A DNA stretch of 63,426 nt, the filler included, from Dugesia japonica (Eukaryota): assembly GCA_001938525.1 (NCBI GenBank). It is 6 parts of 6 records of this genome, joined end to end, with 100 filler letters (N's around TTAATTAATTAA, not from the genome) between each part and the next. Parts side by side here need not be neighbours in the genome. Positions count along the whole stretch, not along the records: positions 36,357 to 44,681 come from MQRL01172869.1; positions 44,782 to 55,148 come from MQRL01238660.1; 4 more parts are not named here. One strand, written 5' to 3'. Positions within the stretch are counted from its first letter, which is position 1. The number at the start of each line of letters is the position of its first letter. Positions 40,020 through 52,699 of this stretch are shown in pieces. The translations under genes and the position numbers were made by a program. Below the pieces are notes generated by a model. It made no database searches. It saw nothing but the letters and a program-made list of their open reading frames with translations, and was not told the origin of the DNA.

Positions 40020-41025
40020 GTTTTGTTATATACTTGTGTTTTTATTATTTTTAATGTTCCTCAGGCACTCTAAAATAAAATATTTGTTTTTTCTAAAACT
40101 TTTTATTTATAAGGTTTGCTGATTTTCAACGGTGTTATTTGTACTCACCATAAACGTTCCTATCGAATAAATTTTGATATTTTCGAAAAACGTTACCAAA
40201 TCCGAGAAGAGAGCTGTACATATTCGTTAGGAAACATTTTCCCGAAACGATATTTTAACTTTTCACTGTCACTTTTTCCTCCTGAGTAAAATAATACCGA
40301 ATTATAGTTATTTGCGCACAGAGATTTAAGCGCTAAACTTTGATTTTGGAGATATTTTCACTACAAAACCTCATTTATTTCACGAGTATTAACTTTGACG
40401 ATTTTAAGTTAAAATATTTGCAATCAGCCAAACATTTTCAATCAAATGGACACTTTTTAACCAATTTTGAGAAAACAAATTTTTACAAAAAATCCTGTGC
40501 AAAATAATGGGAAACCAAAAATTATCGCCGTAAAATTATGAGTCAATGTATGTAAAAATATCTATATCTATAAAAATTGAAAAAATTATTTTTGAAATTT
40601 TGGATGCTCTGAATTCCCGTAAAAAATTAATTTAATATTATTTTTAATATTATTTAAACAACATGAACTGTTTGTCTGGATTCCTATAAAAAATTCACAT
40701 AAATTTTTTTTACCCAAATAAAAAGCTTGAAAACATATTGCTGCTAAAAAAGCCTACAAATTTTTCTCAACTAAAAACACAAGAAAAAATAGCCTCTCTT
40801 AATCCTATTTACATAAAATTTCACCGATTAAATTAATCTCATGACAATTTGTGTACAAAAAAATTTCCCAACTAAATAAATTGAGAAAATACAACCTCTC
40901 TGATATAATAAGATATCATTTTTTAATTTCCCAACTAAATACATTAGGATTAAGTTTCATTACATCACTAATCCTGGGGGATGTACTGAATGTGTGCAGA
41001 GGCTGTGCACTACTATCTATCTACT
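40020..41025 (+). repeat. Probable Polinton right terminal repeat (~1 kb)
   Basis: Follows polB directly, ends ...CTACTATCTATCTACT (reverse complement AGTAGATAG...), and has multiple dispersed homologues in the window. Confidence 0.65.
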
Positions 41026-41419
41026 CGTGTTTGGTAGTAAATTAAAAGGTGTTGGAAAAAATCTAAAATCAAATTGCATTTTTTGAATACATGAAATAAG
41101 TTCAATAATCTTCTCGTTATTTTCATCTAAATATAATTGAAACAAAATCTTTTTTTAATTAAAAATTTCCCTTTTTCCAATTGAGACAATTGATATTTAA
41201 TTATTAAAAATTACATTTCGATCGCAGTTATTAAAATTATTACGCCAATGACCTACTATTTGGCTTCTACTATCACAAGTTTCATTAAATATTCCATATT
41301 AAATTCAACGTTATACTATTTACTTTATTATTATAAAAAGGGGGAACTACACACAAACTTCGCAATGATTAACAAAGGCTATCTTTCAAGCAAGAAAATC
41401 CTCCCCACCTTTTTTGATT

Positions 41420-41633
41420 TTNTAAGGTTTTCTTGCTATAACTTTATTTCTGTAACTTGCATTAATTTATCTTTTAGGTTTAACGAAAATTCGCAGATGT
41501 TTGATTCAACCTCCTTTTTAGCCAACATCTGTCTGTAAACTAACGATAAAGGGCCTTGAACATCACAGCCATACAATAGTTCAAAAGGACTAAATCCCAA
41601 ATTTTCATGGTATTTCTTTCCATAAAAATTCAT
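41420..41633 (-). mobile_element. Gypsy integrase C-terminal fragment
   Basis: HENLGFSPFELLYGCDVQGPL. Confidence 0.7.
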
Positions 41634-43901
41634 TTAATTTATTTCATACCCCTTAAACTATTAATTTAATTCAATTTTCTTTATTCTACTTAATGAATTA
41701 TTTGCTTCATTTATTACTTGCCATTTTCATTGTTTTTTCAGTCTGCTAGTGACTTCTATCATCTTCTATCTTCTTTGATTTACTCATTTCAAAGTTGTTT
41801 CCTTTTTTGTTTCAAGATTTTTTTGGTCATGTCATATGTTTTTATTTTCTAATTTTTGTTTTTCTTTAATTAATTATTTCTTTAACTGATCTCTGATCTC
41901 ATATTTTCTGGATTCTTCATTTCTCTTCGTTTTTCGCTCGTTCTTCGGACTGGGATACTTCTGCCTCAATACAATAGTAATAATCAAATTAATAATAATA
42001 GCAACGTTAATAACGAAGGTAATAATTTTCTACTACTGACATCAGATGATCCTTCATAAGCTATTTCAGTATCTTAATATCGCTTAACTATTGCACAATT
42101 GCGTTCTTAACATAAAAACAATTTTTACTAAGTCGATTAGCCTATACCAGTCAAAAATAAGGAGCGTAAATCAGAATTTGCAGTTATTAGAAAAACCACC
42201 TATGTCAATCTTTACAAGACGGAAATCTTGGCTTGAGTCATGCTTCTTCTATAGTGCACGCCATCCCCATAGTTAATTCTAGGTATGATTGCCCAAAAAG
42301 CTAAAGCTTATAAGAAATAAGCCAAGAATAATTTTTCATAGCTATTCAACATTGGTTAAATAATTGAAAACTTGAGTATTAACATTTAAAGAAGCGATAT
42401 CCAAATTGCGACCCATTTCAAATTTTTTTGCGGCCCTTTGAAAACATTTTTTTATTGAATAATTTATATAAACATACACAATAACATCCTTTATTTTAAA
42501 TTTTAATAGCATAAAATGGAACAAGTACAATTAATTTAACTAAAGACATTAAATAAATTCATAATAATTAAAATAAATTATACGGAGGAGTGACCCAGTG
42601 CCCCATTATCTATCTACTAAACTACTTTTTGTTTATTTCAATTGTTTTAGAAATGTAATAATTATATTGTAATTATTTCTTTTTATCTATTTATTGGATA
42701 ACATCAAATAGTAGGTGTAAAAGTATTTTAAAATACACCTACTAATTGGTGCTTTTGTATAAAATTTGTAAAATGAATAAAATAAGAAGTTATTCATCAA
42801 TGATAACATGAGCATTATCTTCAAACATTTATTCATTGTCACTGTGATTATTTTCTTTATTCCGACAAATACATCCCATATAGAAGTGTTTCCCCGCGGT
42901 ATAAGCAGTTTTACCTGTTTCTGTAAATGCTATCACTTTTTTTTTGAAAGCTATACTGAACGTTCTTTTTTGTCATTGTAGTATAGATAATGAGAATATT
43001 AAAAAATCAGAGCGAATATTGTTTTTATTGCAAAAAATAAAACAGATTTGAAATGAATTGTATAAATAAAAATGAAGCTTCATAACTTGTATTAATAAAA
43101 CAAAAATAAAATGATTGAATTGTAAAAATATAAGTTGACCTTCATAAATTGTAAAAATAATAATTAATTTAGAAATATGATTTAATTAAATTAATCATAG
43201 AATTAAAGTAAAATGAATTTAATGAAAATAACGCAAACATAAAATTTTACCAGAACATCACATTACATGGAAAACACTAAGAACAGGCTACATTTCTACA
43301 CTACATAGAAAGAAACGTGAAGAATTACTAATTAAAGAAGACAATTNTAAAATAAATGTAATTTATAATAATTAAATAATTAAATTTAATAAAAAATAAA
43401 ATTAACCACTAAAATTTAATAAAAATAAATTAATTCAAAAAAAATTACTATTACAAGAATAAATATTGAATAAATTAAAAAGTCAATTCCTGAAGTCAAT
43501 TAATGAAAATAAACGAGAAAAATTCGTTGAACGTCTGAATGCTCCTTTACTTATTTTTTACACCTATTATATGGTTATATCTACTATTTTAATGGTAAGG
43601 AACAAGAATTTTGAAAGTTACATATACTATTTGATGTTATCCGTTATTACGTATTTCAATGTAAATATTACATAAATAATGAGAAAATAACGTTTTATTT
43701 AGACTAGTGTTTCCACATGTAGGGCTATGCCTCACAGGTGGTGGGAATTTGAAAATGAACCCATTTTTAAATTTAAACTTTTTATACCCTCTCAGTTGCT
43801 ACTAGAATTAATTAAGCCCAAATTTTAATAACTTCTGTGTCTTGTTGTATAGCAGATTCATAAATAAACAATAGACGAATTATTTGTTATGCTTTTTAGG
43901 C

Positions 43902-43978
43902 CAATGTTTCCCAACGTAGGACATGGACCCCACAGGGGGCAATTTTAATTTTATAAAGACTTTGGTTGGCAAACACGG
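43902..43978. mobile_element. 77-bp hAT mini-element
   Basis: Termini CAATGTTTCCCAAC / GTTGGCAAACACGG. Flanks TTTTAGGC / ATCTAGAC are a degenerate TSD. Confidence 0.5.
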
Positions 43979-43986
43979 ATCTAGAC

Positions 43987-44236
43987 CAGGGCATCTTAAA
44001 CTTTTTTCATTCACGACCCTATATAAATATAAAAGATATAAATATTTTGTCGAATTCCCAGCAACGGGTTAGTGTGCGCACTAATTCAAACCATTTTTGC
44101 GTGAGTGTGTGTGAGTGCGATTCTGTAACAAATACACATTTCGATTTTATAAATTCGTATATTAAATATTTTATATTAAAATCTTGTGACCCCAAGATTT
44201 TGCTAAGCGGTCCCATTTGAGGTTTAAGAAGCTCTG
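43987..44236. mobile_element. 250-bp hAT (Charlie-type) MITE
   Basis: TIRs CAGGGCATCTTAAAC / GTTTAAGAAGCTCTG with perfect 8-bp TSD ATCTAGAC (43979-43986, 44237-44244). Confidence 0.9.
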
Positions 44237-44781
44237 ATCTAGACTGTATAACGAGGTATGAGTACACAGGCTTACGGCGTTTTATTAGCGTTTATAGAGG
44301 CACGATTTTTCCTATTCTGATGAAGAGTCTGTAATTTCTATTCATATAAAAGTATAAGCGGTCCTCGACATTTTATCAAATTCTAATTACGCCCGACAAC
44401 CCTAAAAGCTTGGACATCGCTGGACTAAAGCAAGCATCTAAGTTTGTTGTAAAATTATTTAATAAAATAAGTATCATACACGCAGTGGTGTAGCTAGACT
44501 ATGTGCCGCCCGGAGCGAACCTTAAAATGGCCGCCCCCATACACTTTTAAGGCGAAATCTGACTTTTCTTGCAATTAATTTATTATACACTTTTTTCTGT
44601 TCCGTCCTTTAATTGATGAACCTTCACGAATGGTTTCACAGAAATCTGAATCTAGGTATTGGAAAAAATGAGCACCTTGATNNNNNNNNNNNNNNNNNNN
44701 NNNNNNNNNNNNNNNNNNNNNNNNNTTAATTAATTAANNNNNNNNNNNNNNNNNNNNNNNNNNNNNNNNNNNNNNNNNNNN

Positions 44782-45882
44782 TATGAGATTCTTCATAAAG
44801 CATGGCCGCAAGAATATATAAGTCTTATACAAATTAGAAGACTTATGAGACAATTTCGTAACGGAGAAAGGCAAGCATTTCAGCGCCAGAAAGGAAATGA
44901 AAGAAGAAAAAGTGAGGAACGTTTACTTAACATTGATAATGTTAAAAGGTGTATAGAAGAAAATGGTAATATGACTATTGAAATATCCAAATATTTACAA
45001 GTAACCCGTTCGATGGTTCAATGTGTAATTCAAGCAGATCTAGATGACCTATGGTATCACTCAAAATTGGTACCTCATGATCTTACAGATGGCAACAAAG
45101 CTCTTCGTGTTGATCGATTTAATGAATTAATTTATTTATTTCAAAAAACGTTGTGTAGACTAAATCTTGTAACTGTTGACGAAAAGATTTTTTACTGTCG
45201 GAAAATAAAAACAGCTAACAAAATTGGTAATTGGTTAACCGAAGAAGCTGTTGCTAAAGGATATGGTCCTTCTCAGACTCCTGTAAGATCAACGATGGAA
45301 AAGAAATACATGGTCATTATTGCTATTTCACAAAACGAGTACTGTTACTTTGAAATATTAGAACGGAATGAAACGATCAATGCTGAGAGATATATNCAAT
45401 TTCTTCAAAATCTCATTAGTTTTCTTCAAAAAGGACATCAAAGGTTTCTCTCACAAAATATGTATCTTATGTATGACAACGCTCGATCACATATAGCTCA
45501 CGATACTATTGAATTCTTAGACTCCAAAAATTCTTCATCAATCTCCCTATTCACCAGATATAAATATTTGTGACAATTATCTTTTTAAAAGACTGGAGAG
45601 AAGTTGTATGGATTTTAAATATATTGATGAAGTAAGAAAATTTCTAAATAGTGAGGTACCAAAATTTATAAATATTCGTATGGGTAAAGCATTTGATGCA
45701 TCCATTGAAACAATAAAATTAATGAGGTTGATGGCTGCTATTTATAAAAAACATTTTACAGCGATTATTTTTTTAATGATACAGATTTAAAGTTATGTTT
45801 ATCATTTGAAATAATTTTAAAAAATACATTTAATTTAAAATATCCTTAAATTTTGAAACGATCACGTTTTTCGATATAGCTA
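44782..45882 (+). mobile_element. mariner (DD34D-like) copy, 5'-truncated at the contig join
   Basis: ORF 44845-45573 has LVPHDLT, VTVDEK and YDNARSH, frameshifting to PYSPDINICD. Right end ATCACGTTTTTCGATATAGC. Same family as 3158-4417. Confidence 0.9.
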
Positions 45883-46416
45883 ATATATATTTTCATTTTA
45901 AAATATAAATAATTAAAATTTATATTCAAAAATATACATTTAAAAATCAAAAATATGTTCATCGCAAATTTTCAAATATAATAAAATAAATTTTTAATTT
46001 AATTAATTCACTTTTGAAAAAGAATCCAACTGAAATCTGTTATGTTCAAGAAAAACAATTGAAATTTTAAAATTTGAAATTGAACTCTTAAAACCTAGAA
46101 ACTGTACTCAGGCTACGCTTACAAACACCAAATCTCTTCTAATCGGCCTGGCATAAAACACCGTTATTTTGAATTGTACCGATACGGGAACGCTAGCAAC
46201 AATTTAATCAAATAGTTAAATTTCTTTAAGTGTTTACTTTCCACAGTAAAATTAATCAGTTTCGATTAAATTAAAAAGTTCTTCATTTACACATTTAAAT
46301 TAAAATAAAAACGAAACAAATACATTTTGTAAAATTTATTAATTAATTATAGCTAAATTAAAATTAAATTAATTAATAAAACAAGAGTTTTAATATCAAT
46401 TTATATCTTGTGATAT

Positions 46417-47024
46417 TTAACTTTGTAATTCTTGATAATGGACAGCTTTCTCCTATTTAAAATATATTTGGTTTCGATAAACATTAAATTGAATTAAAAA
46501 TATAATTAAACCTCTCCTTCAGCACTATACAGTGAAGTAATTATATTGTCGCCTAAACCCCAACCGTCTTCTTCGATTTCCAACTCCTTTCCTTTCCCGC
46601 TTTTCTTTCCTCGAGCCCAAATCTAAATTAATGGAATTATATTTGTCTAAACCATTGCATGAATGTCTTACAGTTATTTTATCTCCAGCATTTAAACTTA
46701 TTCTATTTTGAATAGAAAACTTGACAATGTCAGCTTGTCCATCAATGTTTCTTTTAAGTGTCATTCCGGTTATAGTTTCAGACTAAATTTTAAATATAAA
46801 GCTATTTACTATATATAAGTTTTCGGAACCTTTTGTCCAATATTTTCTAAAATTATAAACAATCCATTAATATCAGTTTCAGCGATTGAGATATTTCCTT
46901 TAGTCGTTCGTCGAAATTTCATTCTTTTTGATTGATAGGCTTAAAATATATATTGTAATTTAGAATTGAATAGATTTGATCTTACCTCCTGCTTCATGAC
47001 TACTAAGATCTGTAAAAATATAAA

Positions 47025-47085
<61 letters not shown>

Positions 47086-49280
47086 GTAACTAGCCATTTA
47101 TATTCATTTTTAGGCCACTACTTAATCCACCTCCTTTACCAGANNNNNNNNNNNNNNNNNNNNNNNNNNNNNNNNNNNNNNNNNNNNNNNNNNNNNNNNN
47201 NNNNNNNNNNNNNNNNNNNNNNNNNNNNNNNNNNNNNNNNNNNNNNNNNNNNNNNNNNNNNNNNNNNNNNNNNNNNNNNNNNNNNNNNNNNNNNNNNNNN
47301 NNNNNNNNTCCACTTCCTTTACCTCCTCCAGAACCACTGATTCCACCTGCTCCACCTCCAAAACCTTTTCCTCCTACAGCTGTAAAGCCTCCAGCTCCAA
47401 AACCTTCCGCAAATCCTTCTAATCCTCCACTTTCAAAATTACCGACACTAAAAAAGAAAAATTATCTTTCGATATGTTAGAAAAAAAATTTTACCGATTC
47501 TCTTCAAATTCTAATAATTTTCCATATGCTGCAATTTCTAACTCTAAGCCTAATTTAGCATCTAAAAGACTTTGTAATTCGGTCAATGTAGTTGACAAGT
47601 CTTGTTGAGTTCCAGTCAATTGTTCTTGAAGATACATCCGTTGAAGTTCTAAATTTCTTTGAGTTTCTTCGTAATTGCCACGAATCATATTTAAATTGTG
47701 TTCATATTCAGCATTCTATTCCATTTATTTATTCAATCAATTTTTAAAGAAAATCTATCGAATTTACCTGCATCTCTAAATCAGCAATTCGAGATCTCAT
47801 ACTTTGAATTTGTGATTTTATTCTACTATTCTCTTCTTTGTAAGTAGTCGTTTCAACATTATCTCTTGTTTTACTAGTACGAATTTCTTCCATTTGTAAT
47901 CCATATGAAGTTTCCATTTCTTGTTTGATACCCGTTAATTTGTTTTCATATTCAGTTTGAATATCACGAAGAGCGCGTGCCATTTCACTTTGCCAATAAA
48001 CCATATTTTCTTTAGATGGATCTCGATAGGCAACAGTTGACAATTCTTTCATTTCCTATTTTCGAATATATGAATTAAATTAATCAATAAAAAGGCACCT
48101 ACAGTTGTATGTATTTGTTTCTCAAATTCTATTGTTTCTTTGAGAGACTGTAAATCATGTTGAAGAGTGATGTGAGCTAATGCTTCTCTTTCATAATCCT
48201 TAATATCTATAACTAATTTTAGCTGGAAAATAGAGTTTTTTTACTTGTCGCAATTTTTTAATTTCATCTCTGAGTACTGATGTCTCCTGCTTTTCTTTAT
48301 CTGAATCTACGTCTCGTGTTCCTTTAAATCTTCTGAGTTCAACTAATTCTCCTTCAAACGCTTCTAATTCCCTTCTCTGTTTTTCGATAGTTCCTCTGTA
48401 TTGACCATTAATGTCTTCAAGTAGCATTAATCTAAAATAATGTCTCATATATTTTATTATCAGTTTCTTCATACCTTTTTTGCATCTCATCAATTTCATA
48501 TTCCAAAGAATTAATTTGGATTTCCATTGGTGCTCTGGACTTTTCGGATTCATTTAATAATGATCGAAGTTGATTGATCTCTACCTCATAGATTTCCTTG
48601 ATTTTAGAGGTATCTTGAATACTTCCACCTTTTAGAGTTTCAATTTCACCAACGAGTTGTTTATTTTGATCTTCTAAAAATCTTGCCTGAATCAAAAGTT
48701 TATTTGCAATAAAATAATCATTTGATATTACCTTTTCAATATAGCTTGCAAATCTTTCATTTAAATCTTGAAGATCTCTCTTTTCCTGTTCTCGTCCTTT
48801 TTTTATTGAATTTACCCCAGTTTGTAAAGCAATACTATCACCGCGTATTAACGGCATCATGCTACCGCCTTGTTGTAAACCACTTTGAGCACTCAAACTC
48901 ATACTGGCATTCATACTGGCAGCATTTCGTTGTAGGTCTTTAAAATTGTTTCTTGTTTGACTTATTGGTTTAAACATTGATCTGACATTTAGTCGACTAA
49001 CTACTTCCGTGCCATCTTCATTATACTGAACATTGGTAGAATCTTCATCGCCATTCTTGAAAGTTGTTTTTATACTTGTAATTGTTCTAGAACCTTGCTG
49101 TTGTCCACCTGCTCCTAAACCATAACCTGATCCGGAACCTGATCCAGAGCCTGATCCGGATCCAGATCCAGTACCTGCGGTCATTCTGGTTCCTGAACTT
49201 AAACTGGAACCAGAACCTGAACCACTAGAAGATATTTCCTGTTTAGAAGTTGAAATATCTGTCCTCTTTATTGAATCCAT
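46417..49280 (-). CDS. Cytoplasmic intermediate filament protein, protostome long type with lamin-tail domain; 12 exons
   Basis: Exons 49280-48732, 48686-48475, 48431-48245, 48198-48103, 48055-47768, 47715-47495, 47447-~47140/47122 (spans an N gap), 47009-46986, 46939-46830, 46782-46672, 46622-46512, 46452-46417; all GT-AG and phase-consistent. LQDLNERFASYIEK|ARFLE, ~142-aa coil 1B, LELEIAAYGKLLEFEENR, LTD (KGNISIAETDINGLFIILEN...IWA...WGLG). Ends HYQELQS*, with no CaaX. Confidence 0.93.
47025..47084. repeat. (AAT)n microsatellite in IF intron 7
   Basis: Perfect AAT run. Confidence 0.95.
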
Positions 49281-49728
49281 AGTAAATCTTAAATAATTAA
49301 TGACTTTCTGTTGATATGTTACTTATTTATAATAAATTCTTCACACAATAGTTATAGTAAAGCAGCGTCTTTTTGTTATCTATAATTTTCATATACCTCC
49401 AACGCGATTTTCAATAAATACACTGATAAATTGTCTATTTTCTGATATTGAATATCAAATTATTAAAACTTATTTAAACTTAAAAATACGTCTAGTCTCA
49501 TTTTCAATTTTCAATTATATATTATCGCCGTGTGGCAGCACAATTATTAATTAAATCATTTATTTGATAATGCAAAACAGAATTTCCAATTATATAATTA
49601 TAAATTTAATTATAATTAAATCATAAATTATAATAAAAATAAATTATAAATATTATTTATAGATTATTTTTTAATGAAATTTTATTTTTTTTTATCAAAT
49701 TATTTTTCATTATTTCTATAGATTACAT

Positions 49729-49998
49729 CAGGGATCTCAAACTCAAACGATCTCTCTTGCCGCTTTAGCTAAATTATGCTAGTTAACGGGCCGCAGTAAT
49801 GCTTTAACTGTGAATACTTGTAAAATGTAAACATGAATATTTTATAACACTGTACATAATACTAACTTAAATTATGGAACTATTATTCTTTAATCAACAA
49901 TCAATACATTTATTCTACTAAATTTGCTAAAGTTTGTTCATTAAATTGTCATTAATTTGCATGTAAACACGATCTGCGCCTCGTATTTGAGACCCCTG
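49729..49998. mobile_element. 270-bp hAT MITE upstream of the IF gene
   Basis: TIRs CAGGGATCTCAAA / TTTGAGACCCCTG with perfect 8-bp TSD GATTACAT. Confidence 0.9.
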
Positions 49999-50194
49999 GA
50001 TTACATTATTTTACAATTCTCTATTTATGCCTGATGAGTATAATAATTGTAATATTTTTTATATCGAAATCAAATGATTTTGGAATTTTGATTATTTTTT
50101 TTGGAATTTTAAGTCTATTGAGAATGTTTATCTTCAAGATTTTTTCTCTGTCTTATTTATATTTAGGTTTTCAATATTTTGTTTAATTTTCTTA

Positions 50195-50448
50195 CAATTG
50201 CAATTATTGCGAGAATAATTGATGGACATAACCATTGATCGTTTTATAGAATTCATTAAAATAAAAGCTTCGATTAAAAAATTTTTTTATTTGGTATTTG
50301 ATAACAATTCGATATTTCAACCTTGTTTTCTTCAAGAATTGACTTTTAACAAAATCAATTCCTGAAGAAAACAAGGTCGAAATATCAAATTGTTATCAAA
50401 TACGAAATAAAAAAAAAATTTGATAGAAGCTTTTATTTTAAATGAATT
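50195..50448 (+). repeat. Double-hairpin dispersed repeat, copy B (~200-bp palindrome)
   Basis: Small hairpin CAATTATT-GCGAG-AATAATTG, spacer TAACCATTGATCG, then near-perfect palindrome 50250-50448. Confidence 0.8.
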
Positions 50449-50799
50449 TTGCTTAATATTTATGTTTTTTATTATTTGGTTATTCTTGTTTCTGTTCTTT
50501 ATATTGTTTAACAAAATAGATTTCTTTTGTTTTATTAATGGTTTCATATTATAATATTGCTTCAGTTGTTTCTTTCCTTTCAAAAGATTTACTTGTTAAT
50601 TCTATTTTCATAAATCGAAAAAATAAAATTTGTAATTTTAGCTACTCCTTGCTAATATTTACTTATTTTCGCGAAAATTACCTATTCTTTTTTATAATAA
50701 CAATTCATTTTAGTGATTGTTTCTCAGTTTATTTTAATCAATTTAATAAATAGTGTCCTGGGTAAATAGGTATTGAAACACAGGAACCGAGATATGAAA

Positions 50800-51820
50800 T
50801 CCCTAACATCCAGGATTAGTGATGTAATGAAACTTTATCTCTGAGTTTTTAGTTGGGAAAAATGTTTTGCACACAATTTATGTAATTGGATTAATTTCAT
50901 CTTCGAGATTTTGAGTAATCAGATTAACCATATTAAAATTTTCCCTATATTTTCAGTTGACAAAAATATTTTCAAGCTACTTAGACGGCAAAATTTCTTA
51001 TGGGATTTTTTATGGAAATCCGGGTGAAAAACTAAAATTTTAAAAAAAATATCCTTGGGATAGTCAAATTTGTCTCATTTTGGACGATTTTTAGATTAAT
51101 TTGGTCAAATGTTTTCTCAGGCTTGTCTGTATTGGCTCATTTTGGGTGATTTTTAGGAGCATTTGGTCATAGATTTCCTCGGGTTTGCTAGATTCGATTG
51201 AAATGTTTTCTTGGTGAGGTCAAATCTAATTAGTTTTGGTTGGTTTTAGGTAAAATAGACTGATGGTTTACTCTGTGAGATCGATTTGGTCTATTTTTGG
51301 GTGGTTTTTAGGTGAATTTTGATGAATTTTTGCTTGAAGAGGTTGAATCAGGTCTATTTTTGGCTAGTTTTAGATAAATTCGGTTGATAATCTACTCAGT
51401 GAGATCGAATCTGATGAATTCAGTCAAATCTTTTCTCAGGTTGGTCAGTTTTGATTATTTGCTCAATGAAATCGAATCCGATCTATTTTTCGCTGATGAT
51501 GGTCAATAATTTTTTATGGCTTGGTCAGTTTTGGGTTGAACATTTTACGGAAATTCATAGGAATTTGCTTAAATTTTGTGGTTTTATTTATATTTTAAAT
51601 TTTTTGTGGAAATTCGGGGAGAAAGTTCATGTTGTTCAAATAATATGAAAATTTTTAAATTTTTTTCATCAATTTTTTATCAGAATCCGAGTAAACATCG
51701 CAAATTTCGAAAATTTTAGAAAAAAAATTGTATTGAGATTTTTACATCAATCTATGCAGGTAATTTTACTGATTGAGGTAATTTTACAAAAATAAAACTT
51801 TTTCGAAAAAAAATCTTTAC
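50800..51820 (-). repeat. Dispersed Polinton-terminus-related repeat copy
   Basis: TTTTGCACACAATTTATGTAATTGGATTAATTTCATC and GTTCATGTTGTTCAAATAATATGAAAATTT blocks are shared with 13806, 14038, 54828 and 55018. Confidence 0.6.
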
Positions 51821-52699
51821 TTATTGTGAGTATGTTTTGATTAGCCGGTTGAAATTTTTATGCGGTTATCGTTTTCTTGAAATCTTTTATTTAAAAAGAT
51901 TTAAATTGGAATGAAAAATTGAATGAATTTTAGAATTAAGTTTTAATAAAAAATGAACATTTGTTTTAAAATCTGAATGAAAATTTAAATAACTTTAAAT
52001 AGATTTTAAAAGATTTTAAGAAACGATAACCAATTTAAAACATGAATTTAATTTGTTTAAAAACACAATTAGCGTTGGTTATAGTTTTTATTTAAAAAAA
52101 AATTTATGGAGTTGAATTCTGATGTTAATAATCCGATGAGTTTCCCAAACTATTCTAACACTAATATTTACATGAAATAACGATTTTAGATGACTTTAAA
52201 GTACTCATCGGATAATTAATGTCAAGATCCGTTTCCAAAAAAGATTTATTCACAAAACAAAACAATGTCCATCACTATTTGTTTATTCAAACTCTATGCT
52301 TTAATTGAAATCATTTATCAATAAATTTAACATTTAGATTAAATTTTTATTTAAAATAATTTCGAAAATTTAAATAAAATAATCATTTGTGATCAAATCT
52401 CATTTAAAATTTTTCCGAAATTTTAATACAAAATAATCATTTGCTATTAAAATATCATTTAAAGTTCTTCAAAAATTTTAAAACATAATTGTCATTTCTA
52501 AAAATCTACAATAAATTGTGTATAAAATTATTTAAATTAATCTTTAAACTCTTTATAATTTTTGTACAAAAAAATTAATTTAATTTACTTTAATTTTTTA
52601 ATTAATTTCTGACTTTCAATTTTTTTAAAAAATGATTTTAAGAAAAGGATTTCCAACCAAAGCACAAAAATTTCAACTCGATTTTCAAAACATACTCAA

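Noticed and set aside
42850-42940. TGKT Walker A-like peptide on the minus strand
   Set aside because: Too short, with no flanking helicase or ATPase motifs.
46417-49280. Nuclear lamin
   Set aside because: No C-terminal CaaX, no basic NLS visible between rod and LTD, and a long head domain; fits a cytoplasmic IF.
50028-50075. Further CTGATGA...GAAA hammerhead candidates (also ~15343)
   Set aside because: No convincing stem II or stem I pairing; such matches are expected by chance in AT-rich DNA.
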